Part shown: positions 44,760-55,764 of the stretch, piece by piece
Numbering within the stretch: the first letter of the stretch is position 1
Layout of the letters: the number at the start of each line of letters is the position of its first letter
Assembly: GCA_037447605.1 (NCBI GenBank)
Contig: CM074813.1
Location: forward strand, 3,224,001 to 3,288,000
Direction: 5' to 3'
From: Zygnema circumcarinatum SAG 698-1b
Lineage: Eukaryota; Plantae; Zygnematophyceae
DNA: 64,000 nt
Notes under the pieces: generated by a model
Told to the model about the DNA's origin: nothing
What the model saw: the letters and a program-made list of their open reading frames with translations, nothing else
The model's database searches: none
Position numbers and translations under genes: made by a program

Positions 44760-47010
44760 AGGTAAATCACGTGATCAAATCCATACCCACACTCTCCCAC
44801 TTCCTGTAAGGAGGGGCGAGGGGCTGGAGCAAGCCAGGCACAGGTCCCGTGCGAGGCTTATCCCGCTGACAAGTTGGGCATGCGAGTACATACGCCTCCA
44901 CGTCCGCTGTAATTCCGGGCCACCAGAATTCTCGGAGCAGTGCTTCACGGGTTTTGGCAACTCCCATATGGCCCCTGTATGGAGGATCGTGCATCTCATT
45001 GTTATGAAATTTTAGTCTGAGATCCGGCCTTGGGTATTAAGCGCTTGTCGTGGTACCAAAAACCGTCGAAGCACAAGCTTGTTCTTATAGCCATTGCCTT
45101 GGCGCGTCCGGGGAACAGAGGTCACCGGTGTACCCCTCACGAATCATGCAATGCGAAATCGAGCGAGGAGGGTTGAGCTAGCGTCAGCCCCACGGTGGAG
45201 GGTTTATGACAAAACATCTTTGGAGATATGCTTATTTGGGTTGGCGGCCCTTGATCTCCACCATCTCGTCACCACCAACGCTTTCGAGTCGGCATCATCG
45301 AGGGCTAGATGAATGGGTTGCACGCTTTCGATTAGATTCAGCTTCATTTAGCCTCAGGGCACACGTATACCCAGCTTTGCGTTCGAGCGGGTTGGAGGAA
45401 CTTCGAACCGGCGTGCTGCTTCGAAGAGTCTGGCGAGAGTGGAAGGAACACATCGATTGGGCGGTGGTTTTGTGACGGCGTGACTGCCACCGCTCCCTCA
45501 AATGCTGCGCCGTGTCCTCGGGCGTGAACAGCGGCTCCACGAGCTCGCTCTGTGGTAGTTCATCGAGGCGGGTTTCATCTTGCGACTTTTAAGTAGCGAG
45601 AGGTTGAGTAGATCTTGGAAACAGACGCTGCCAGCGAACCCGGCGTCACATACCGCTATGGCGACGGCGGATCGGCCAACCTGGCGGTAGGTCTTTGTCC
45701 GCAGCATGTCTCACACCATCAAATCTTGATGCGGCACTCACGGTGTCGTGCATGCAGCGACACGGGCGTGTCAAGTGGTAGGTGTTACCAACTTCTTAAA
45801 GCCTTGGATAAACTTACGAAAATAATTCGCAAATCCAAGAAAAGACCGCAACTGATGAAGATCAGCCGGTACAGCCCATGTCTTTACAGCAGACACCTTG
45901 GCTGGATCAGGTTTCAGTCCCTGATCGTTCAAGATATGCCCAAGATACAACAACTCTCGTTGCATGAAGTTACACTTCTTTCGCTTGGCATAAAACGTGT
46001 GTTTTCGCAACACCTCGAACACTTTGCGTACATGCACAAGATGTTCAGCGTCCGTCTTGCTGAATACCAGGATATCATCCAGGTAGACAAGGACAAACTC
46101 ATCCATGCCGACAAACATTTCGTTCATCACAGCTTGGAATGTAGCCGGAGCGTTGGTCAGTCCAAAAGGTAGCACCTTGTACTGGAAGTGACCAATCGGC
46201 GTCCGAAATGTCGTCTTAGGAACATCGGCATCAGGTGACCGCAGTCGATGGTACCCTGCTTAGTCGGTGAGGTGAACACCTTAAGCGCTAGCGGTGAGAA
46301 GATCATCTATCGCGGCGGTAAAAACAGAGCTTTGTTCTTTACCGTATTGATCTTGTCGAGTGCTCGATGTCGATGCACATTCGCGAATCCTTCTTACCCA
46401 GCGAAGGGATGGGAGCTAAGGACTGGGTACAGGCTCAATCCGGCCCGCTTCTCGCATGAGTTAGCAGAGTTGCTACCGCATCTCCTGGAGTCTCGCCGGA
46501 CTAAGCCTATAGATAGGCCTCGAGGAGGTTTTACGTTACGGCTCAAGGGGTATGGTATGCCCCACCCCTGCAGGCGGAGGCGGACCCTTGGCGAATCGTC
46601 GAGAATACATCCTCAAACGCTTTGACAAGGGTTGAAACACAGTTGGGACAGTTGGCATTTTTTCACCCGCAGTGGGTTGCCACTCCTGGTCCCCGTCATG
46701 AGCGTCCTCGGTTGCCGTCATGACTTGCACCATAAACAAGATGCAATTCGTTTTTAGTGCTCTGCCCAACTGCATGGCGGAGCACAGAAACGACAAAGAT
46801 GACCGCGACGAGGCTGGTCCCGAAGGAGTGCCTGGTTGCAGAGTCATGCGTCTTCCTTCACTGCGGAGGACGCAATTAGGGACAACAAAATCCAACTGAG
46901 CGCCCATAAGCGTCAGCCATTTGCTCCCCAAGATCAAGTCTGTTCCTGGGGCTAATAACGTCAACAAGCAGTTGACCACCCCGGAGTAAGACTGAATCTT
47001 CAATTTCACG
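44760..47010 (-). mobile_element. Ty3/Gypsy (chromovirus-like) pol fragments, family B: protease-RT linker, RT, degraded RNase H, integrase zinc finger
   Basis: PFGLTNAPATFQAVMN...VLVYLDDILVFS...KKCNF...LRSFLGFANYFRKFI (45771-46175). HDPPYRGHMGVAKT...CPTCQRDK...GLLQPL...WESVGMDLIT (44767-44994). DLILGSKWL...HTIPLEP (46536-47009). The peptide sequence is distinct from family A. Confidence 0.85.
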
Positions 47011-47110
47011 CTGACGCTACCAGAAATCTGGCCAGTGCGTCCATCCCCGAAAGTTACACTATCGGAATGAGGCTGGACTGCAAACCCCGCAGTCCTGACA
47101 NNNNNNNNNN

Positions 47111-50100
47111 GTCAAGGGGGATGCGGGGCTTACGGCCATAGAGGAGCTCGTAGGGAGAGAAGCCAGTGGAGGAGTGAACGGAGGTGTTGTACGTGAAGAC
47201 CAGGGAGGGGATGACCTCGCGCCAGTCCGCCTGCAGCTCCGCGCAGCCGCGGACGCACGCATCCTTGACCGTCTGAATGGTACGTTCTGCAAGCCCATTC
47301 TGCTAGGGGCAGTAGGGGCTAGAGGTGCGGTGGATGATGCGAAAGTCCTGCATTAGCTCGGCAAAGGCCCCCTTGTATTCGGTGCCATTGTCAGAGTGGA
47401 CAGAGTAGGGGAGAGAGTGGCGGTGAATGATGGCCGTCAGGAGGCGGGCAGAGTGGACGAAATGCTTAGATTCTGTAGCGTGAACCTCTACCCACTTGGT
47501 GTATCTGTCCACTGCTAGGAAGACCCGAATGTAGCCAGAGGGGGTGCCGAGCTGGGGGATAGAAAAGGTGTCGATGTTCCAGTCTTCGGCGACGCCGCGT
47601 ATTGGGATCTCACCCATCTCGAGGGGTTGGCGGTCGGGGGGAGTAGAGCGTTTGCCGCGTTGGCAACGGGTGCAGGTGTCGATGTAGCGGCTCACGCGCC
47701 CGTGGAGCGGGCCAAGCCGTAGCTCTGCCCGAAGCCGAGGCGACCATCTTCTTCTACAGTAGAGTGGAATCCATGCATTTTGCGGGAATAAATTAGGCGA
47801 CATCGGAATCTCCATCGTTCATTGGGGAAAGGAGCGAGGGGAAGGCGGAGGGAGAGTGCGATTATCGTCCGTCATCATCAGCGAGAAGTTCGAGGCTGAA
47901 CCTTGAGCCCTAGGTGTCCGTGATAAAGGGGAGTAGCGTCTTGGTCATGGCGTAGCCTTGAGGGAGAGTCTGAATGGGCGTCATTGGCCCGGGGAAATGG
48001 GGAGAGTAAAGGGGCGTCGCCATGCGTCATCCATGAGGAGTTCCCCGCGGATCCGCGCGGGGTGGCCGTGGGTAAAGTCAGGGTCCTCGGCGATGGAGAG
48101 GTGGTGGCGTTGGCCGTAATATCGATCAGCCCATCTGCGAATAGGACATCATGCAGGGCTTGAGCAGCAATAAAAATCTCAATGGGAAGATGCTCAGGGT
48201 TCAGGAGGGTGGGTGGAGGGATGGGTTCAGGAACGGCCGGATCGTGGCAGAGGAGGGGAGCCGAGGGATTGCGACTGAGGCCATCAGCATTGCCGTGACT
48301 ACGGCCGGGACGGTGAGTGACCTTAAGTACATTATACTCCTCCAACTTCATCACCCATCGTGCAAACTTAGGGCGTAGGGTAGCCATGATGTGCAGCCAG
48401 GTGAGGGGCATGTGGTCAGTCCGGATGATAACGGGCTGGTAGGCCGTGAAGAGCTTGAACTTCTCGAGTGCCCAGAGGATAGCCGCGGCCTCTCCCTCAG
48501 TAGGGCTGTACTTGGTCTCGGTTTCTGAACAAACCCTGCTAGCATAACTGACTGGGTGTTCCCCATCCGAGAATGCTTGACTGGCCACTGCCCCAAATCC
48601 CGTCTGACTCCAGTCAGCGTCAATGACGGTTGGCAGGGTGGGGTCAAATTGATGCAGACAAGGAGCCTGAAGGAGGGCACTCTTGAGCGCGTGGAAGGCC
48701 AAATCCTGCGCTCGGCTCCATTCGTATTGGACTCCGTGCTTCTCCAAGGCATGTAGGGGACGTGCGATAAGGGCATAGCCCTTGATGAACCGGCGATAGA
48801 AGGAGGTGAGCCCCAAGAAGGACTTGAGCTGAGTGAGGGTCTGTGGAATCGGCATAAGGGCAATCGCTTCAATCTTGTCGAGTGATGGTTTCAGGCCATT
48901 GATGCCGAGGCGGTGCCCGAGATGAGTGATCTCCTGATGGCCCCATTTGCACTTCTTGGGTGCAATCTTCAAACGCGCACTAATGAGCTGTTGCAGGACT
49001 TGGTCAATGTGTTGCAGGTGAGAGGACCAGTCCTTGCTGTGGAGGGAGGCATCATCCACGTAAGGCTCGCAGAAGGCGCGACAGGGGCCGAATACTTGGT
49101 TGGCCAGGCGCTNNNNNNNNNNCGGATCGTGGCAGAGGAGGGGAGCCGAGGGATTGCGACTGAGGCCATCAGCATTGCCGTGACTACGGCCGGGACGGTG
49201 AGTGACCTTAAGTACATTATACTCCTCCAACTTCATCACCCATCGTGCAAACTTAGGGCGTAGGGTAGCCATGATGTGCAGCCAGGTGAGGGGCATGTGG
49301 TCAGTCCGGATGATAACGGGCTGGTAGGCCGTGAAGAGCTTGAACTTCTCGAGTGCCCAGAGGATAGCCGCGGCCTCTCCCTCAGTAGGGCTGTACTTGG
49401 TCTCGGTTTCTGAACAAACCCTGCTAGCATAACTGACTGGGTGTTCCCCATCCGAGAATGCTTGACTGGCCACTGCCCCAAATCCCGTCTGACTCCAGTC
49501 AGCGTCAATGACGGTTGGCAGGGTGGGGTCAAATTGATGCAGACAAGGAGCCTGAAGGAGGGCACTCTTGAGCGCGTGGAAGGCCAAATCCTGCGCTCGG
49601 CTCCATTCGTATTGGACTCCGTGCTTCTCCAAGGCATGTAGGGGACGTGCGATAAGGGCATAGCCCTTGATGAACCGGCGATAGAAGGAGGTGAGCCCCA
49701 AGAAGGACTTGAGCTGAGTGAGGGTCTGTGGAATCGGCATAAGGGCAATCGCTTCAATCTTGTCGAGTGATGGTTTCAGGCCATTGATGCCGAGGCGGTG
49801 CCCGAGATGAGTGATCTCCTGATGGCCCCATTTGCACTTCTTGGGTGCAATCTTCAAACGCGCACTAATGAGCTGTTGCAGGACTTGGTCAATGTGTTGC
49901 AGGTGAGAGGACCAGTCCTTGCTGTGGAGGGAGGCATCATCCACGTAAGGCTCGCAGAAGGCGCGACAGGGGCCGAATACTTGGTTGGCCAGGCGCTNNN
50001 NNNNNNNTCTGAGAGGACTGCAGGCCCCAATCGCATCTGCCCCTCTATTTCCAACCACTCCTCATCACTGATGGTCTCATGGGGGGGAAAGGTGGGTGTA

Positions 50101-53100
50101 GGTATCACTGGCGGCAACAGTTCTTCCGTCGGCGTACCGAGAGCTGGACTCGGAGGAGCAGGAGGGGGAGTCTCGTCATCGGTATCAGAATTGGCCGTTC
50201 CATAAGAAGAATGGGAGCTGCCGACCGAATGGTACATGGTGATCTCCGGGTAGGAGACCTGCGCCGTGGCGTGGCGCTTGGGGAAGCGCGGAGGTGGTGA
50301 GGGACTCGAGGATGATGGGGAAGGAGCATTCTGTCCCGCCAGCAGATANNNNNNNNNNAATCCTTCATGTAAGCTCCCTTCAACTCCCACATATCGGGGG
50401 ATGGGCTCAAGTGTCTTGTCCAACTTAACCTCTGCCACCTTCATCACAGGCTTGGACAGAACTGTGCGCATAGCCCCCGTGTCGATCATGACTTTGCTGG
50501 GATGACCGTTGAGCCATACATTGACAATGATCTGCACGTTGGGCGTTGGGATGAGAGGGAGGATCTGGATCTGGCGAGGAGGATGGCGAGGGGAGCGGAC
50601 TGGGTCCGGCGGAGGCGCCGTAGCCATGTGGTGGATATCGGCCGGCGAGGGGACGTCTGGAGGAGGTGCCATAGGAACCGTGGGAGGCCGTAGGGTGGCC
50701 TTTGCGCTGTCGGCCAGCTTTCGAACTACGGCGGCAGCACCTGGTACAAGCTGCATCAACTGTGACAAGGTAATGCCGATCTTAGCCTTGTCTCCCATGA
50801 GTTGATGATCCATGCGTTCAATCAGGGATAGGCCGTCTGTCGGGGGGGGTGGTCGACGATCGGCTGCTTGGGGGTAGAAACGGGCTNNNNNNNNNNCAGC
50901 ACCCAATACGTTTGACAGGGAAGGGGAGTCCATGGGGTGCAGATGGATAGGTGGTCGTTGCAGGATGGTGTAAGCGGGTGAAGGAGGTGGAGGCGGGCGA
51001 AAGGGAGCCGGTGTTCTCGGTGGTGTGGGAGCAGCCGGGAGCATATCCATGAAGGTGATCTCTGCAGGTGAGTTCCCTGCTGCTGCCTCTTTCCCCTTCC
51101 GGGCCTTCTCACTTGAGAGTCTCCGCATGCACACACGGGCATCATGTCCCGTGATCTGGCAGAAGGTGCAGGTCCATGGTCCGCAACGCAGCCGCGGATT
51201 ATGATTCAGGCCGCAGGCAAGACATACGCCCTCCGGAACCCCTGCCTCCGTCATCCGACGGCGCAGATCGGCCCTGGCAGCTTCTCTCTCTTCGGGTGTG
51301 CGATCGGAATAAGGAGCCCGATACCCTGGACGAGAAACATCTGGTATGTGATGATTCACCGTTGGCTCAATGGGATGCGCCGGATCATGAGGGTACGGGG
51401 AAAGGGGAAGGGGCTTGCTCGCGCTGGCTATAGCCAGAGGCTGCACCATAGGGGCTGCCCGGACGTCCTGAGCAGTGACGCCGGAGAAGGAAGGCTTGTT
51501 CCGAGTAGATGTAGCGTAGGGATCGAACAACTGTTGATTCTGTGTCTTCAGGAACTGCTGGTAGAGTCGATCTTGTCTTGGATGTTGGCGTTCATGCCAA
51601 TGTGTGGTGGAGTACGTAATGGGTGCCTCTCTCTTGATCATACAATTCGCTCGCGCCCTTTCTAACAAGGCGGGGCATCTCTTGGTGGGTTGTCGGCGCG
51701 CTCACGATCCAGGTGGAGATCGCTTCTCCGGTGATGGCCTTGGGAACGGCTGGAGCACTTGAGGAAAAGTCGAGCAGTTCTCGTCGTATTTGCCATGGCA
51801 CAAAAGCTCGGTGAATTCAAGCGACGCTCATCGCGTAGCATTCTATGTAGCGAAGTCGATTGTAGCACGTGATGGGATCTGAAATCAGCGTTATGCAGCT
51901 TGCTTGAATGTGTCCCTTTAATGGGGGTGGCGGCGACATACGCTTTGTGCGGTTTGGGCGGCTTCGATTGACTTCTGCCTAGCCTTCGGCGCTCGAGGGC
52001 GGCTTGATCCGCGGTCTTCCTTCAAAGAGTCTGCTGGCGGTTGCCTTCTCCTCAAGATGTCGGCCATGCGCCTGCCGTCTTCACGCTTGCGGTGAAGCCT
52101 CTTGTGATGATGCGGCGTGGTATCCTCCTCCCACTCTTTTGATCATTCTTTATCAATTTGGTCATCATCTCTTCCATCTGCTTTGGCTTCGGTCGACTTC
52201 GTGTGCTTCTCTGCGGGGTTGGTCGCGAAATTTGGAGGGTCCTTGCGATGATCACGCCCGCCCCGCCCACTGAAACGCTTCGCTGGGGCTGCCGGATGAG
52301 TAAGTTGTGAACGCGGTGAGGGGTGATATTACAGGGGAATCCCTTGCTTTCTAGCTGTAGGGCTAGCGTCTTGCATTCTTGTGCTTGAAGGGACTCTGAT
52401 GCGTGGTTATCCGGCCCGAGCTCCCGTGGCATCTGTCTGCGGGTGGGCAGCGGTGGGGACCTCGGGTTGAGCTGGCACTCCTCTCCTCACGGCATCTGCG
52501 GCCGTGACAGCGACTGGGCAGGCTGCAAGCTTGATCATCCGGCGTGCATATTGCCAGCGAAGTTTATGGCCATCACTGCCTAGATGAAGTCGCTGTAGCT
52601 CTTCAATCGACTCGATCTGCTCAAGGTAAGCCAGACTGGGATAAGGGTTCTCTTCGGTGATACCCATCTTCAGTCTTTCTCTGACTGCTTCTTCCTCTGA
52701 GTCTGAATCCGTCCTTGGATTTCGGATCGCCTGTTCTTCTTGAGGTCCCAAGTCTCCATCTGAAAACTCATGAAGATCTGCCTGTCCTTCTTGTTGCAGC
52801 TCTTCATCCATGGCGGCTGTGACACGGGTCACAGGATCGGCAGCCTCACGTATCAAGGTACGTGGATCTGCAANNNNNNNNNNCAGTGACAGTCTCTGAT
52901 TGGCCAACTGCCCCCTGAGAGGCCTGACTGACTACGTGGAGCCTTCGGATAGGTCAACTGATGACAATCGGCGGCATCTTGCGGCGCTTCCGAGTGCGCC
53001 TTGCTGGATGGTGTGCCGTTCCGTGGGCCGCCAACGCATGGCGCCGCCTTCTCTTAATCTCCGTTGGCAGCTCCTGGATTCCGCTGATCCGCGACACGGA

Positions 53101-53165
53101 AGAGGCCTATGTCAAGTACAACTGAACGGACGCGGATCCGCCGAACGCAGCTCCGTTACGCTACA
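47111..53165 (-). mobile_element. Younger family A Ty3/Gypsy element: 5' LTR, gag with zinc knuckles, protease, RT, RNase H, integrase; broken by six 10-N gaps
   Basis: The LTR begins TGTAGCG at 53165. Gag has CTFCQITGHDARVC (CCHC). Protease has VMIDTGA. RT has EPYVDD...KKCKWG...LKSFLGLTSFYRRFI. RNase H has IDADWS...SYASR...EGEAAAILWAL...RTDH. Integrase has CTRCQRGK, WNIDTF, HSDNGTEY and NGLAER (premature TAG at 47303-47305). The order PR-RT-RH-IN is the Ty3/Gypsy order. Confidence 0.92.
49123..49997. other. Exact 875-bp duplicate of 48238-49112, bounded by N-gaps; probable scaffolding artefact
   Basis: The two copies look identical on reading. The second copy has 10-N runs on both sides (49113-49122 and 49998-50007). 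Confidence 0.8.
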
Positions 53166-53189
53166 CTGTACAGGGTGTAAAATATGAGG

Positions 53190-53290
53190 ACTGCTGACTG
53201 TACGTGTACGAACGAAGCCGTACGTGTACGAACGAAGCCAAACGTGTACAGTACTGTACTGTACAGTACGAACGAAGCCGTACGGGCCTT
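53190..53290. repeat. Short GTAC-rich minisatellite (tacgtgtacgaacgaagcc) with a 14-bp palindrome gtacagtactgtac
   Basis: Three gtacgaacgaagcc units, located just outside the LTR end. Confidence 0.8.
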
Positions 53291-55764
53291 CTAAAAACCC
53301 TAAAACCCCAAACATTGCCTCGTACAGTATTGATAATTTATTGCATGTCGGCCATCATACCGCTTAAACCCGAAAAAGCAGAGAGTGAATTGGCGTTGAT
53401 AAATAATTGAAAGAATGAATGAGTGAATTGGAAGTCGTCCCTTCCCTTTCAATTCTTGTCCTTCTTCCCCAAGGAGAATGATGAATGGGCATTGATTTCA
53501 TGATGGCGATGCCACCATATGTCCAGGTATATGGACAGAATCCCCACCTAGGAAAGATTCTTTAGAGCTATGTTTCGAAAATTGCTGGTTGCGCCTGTAA
53601 AATCGTCAATAATCTGTAAGATTTAACTTACCTGCCCTTTCCTACTTCTCAGACCCGACAGCGAGAATTTCGAAAAATGGAGGAAAAAAAGCATTTGCAA
53701 TCCCTTCTTTTCCTTTCTAGCACTCACAAGAAGACTAAAGAAGCAAAGTGGAAAGAGAGAACCACAACGAGCCCTCGGAGGGTATGGTGCTGCAACCTGG
53801 AATGGTAAGCAGATGAGGACGCAGATGACAGGGTAATGATTTGAATTTAGCCAGTCTGAGTAGGCTCAGGTTGAGGAGGATAGAAAGGTGCAGGATGTGG
53901 AGAAAGTAAACGTACCGGGTGATGATGACAACCACGTGGACTTTAACTCACAGCTGTGAAGGGGTTTATTTCAGGTTATCAATTGATTACTCTTAATGTG
54001 ATGAATTCTCTAGGGTTTTTTTTGGCAAATTTCTTCTCATGCTTTTGCATTTTTGATGAATTTCACAGAATACTCCAGCTCACAGCATTCCAAATTCGGA
54101 ATCCTAAGTGCAGATGTTTGACGACAGCTTGAAAGCAGTGCCGCCAAAGTTAGTCATTTCGTCCATAGTCACTTGGTTTAGCTAAGATGACTTGTCTAAG
54201 AACTGACTAAAGTGAGTTTGCTTGGCTAGAGCACTAGTCAGTCGATAATTTGTCATCCCAAAAGTCACGTAGCCAAATCTGAATCGCATTTTAGGAAAGT
54301 TCAATCGCAAGTCTATATGAAAATGGGACCACCGTAACGAGTGCAACGTCACGCCCAAACCAAACCACACCCATACATTGCCATGTATCGCCTCGGCGGG
54401 GGGGGGGAGGGGGGGGAATCGAGTGACCCGGGGCGAGCACGCACGTCTTTTGCTTCGTGCGAACGGTGCTGCCTTCACGGCGCACTCAAAGAAGAAATGC
54501 CTCCGACGCACCACCAGATTGCCCAGACAAGAGACGGGACACAGCCGAGCAGAAAAGACAGGCGCCGGCTGGCCATAGGTTCAACGACCAAATTGAACAG
54601 CCTAGAAAGTTGCCAGCATGTCGTAGGTATCAATCTGGTTGTCTACTTAGAACAAATTTATAATATATATCTGCAGCTGCAGAAAATCTAAACAACATAT
54701 TGTCTTTTCATCCCCACCTCGTCTCATAAAAACGAGTTCACATCCGTACCCTCTATTAAAAATTCGCGCAGAGCAACAGTCTTTGCAGTGGCCAGTCCCT
54801 CAAAAATGCTAACGCATACCATACCAACGAGCTGAAACGGCTGCAAGCTTGTTTCTGCAGGCCACGTCCAATTGTAACACCTCCGCTGGCCATGTGTCGG
54901 CCGGCAACACTTGGGACCTTGCTCCGTCTATACCGCCGGGCAATGGACGTTGACAGGGACGTTGTAAACTAATGCAGCACAGCTCATGCCCATGATTCTT
55001 CCTAGGCCAGATACTGCTACCTATCGTCCAGATCCAAAATTAACAGATAAATAGAATGCCAGACATCGTCACCAAACTACAGCCATTTGGCACACTTCAA
55101 CACTCGCTCACATGCGGACGAGTGAGAACATCTGTCCAAGTCGTCTGCTGTAGACGTCAGCATCAAGCTCCTTCGCGCTTCCACAGCGATTAAAACTGCC
55201 ACTTTCGAGCAGTCTCAATGAAGACAATCGGACAAATCTGATATCCGAGTTGCTACAAACGCGCACTAGCGATGCCCTGTAGAACGGAAACATGCACCAC
55301 ACAAGTTAAGTTTGAGGGCCCAATCCCAGGGCTTGGAGTGGGATGGATTTTACCACATGAAACGAAGCATAGCTGTCTGCTCCCAAAACAACCTTTCACA
55401 TCCAAAATGTGGACTTTCCTTGTGCTATCAGGCAACAAACTAAACGATTACATATTTTTATATTACAACCACACTTCAATAAAAACCTAAACCTAGCAAT
55501 TCATTCAGTTTTAAACAGGAAGACAAAGGCTCAGCAGTCACTTTCTTCTTCTATCTGTACACAAACGATGCAACCTCGACCAATACACGGCGTCGAAGAG
55601 GGTGCTGCACCTCGAGTCACTGTCTGGGAGGGAGGAGGGTGTGTGTTTGTTCGTTTCATTCTCAGACTGCTCTGCAAAGACTCAACGCTTTTGATTCGGG
55701 CTACGTGACACCACTCAGACCGCCCGTAAAGCCATGACAACCTCCAAACCGTTTCACGCATTTC

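Noticed and set aside
47878-50058. 726-aa ORF with tandem RT-RNase H twice
   Set aside because: The second copy is an exact duplicate between two N-gaps, most likely a scaffolding artefact and not a double-RT element.
53400-55760. Additional gene between the LTR and the PLP gene
   Set aside because: Only short ORFs without motifs or convincing splice chains. It is probably 3' UTR or intergenic sequence.
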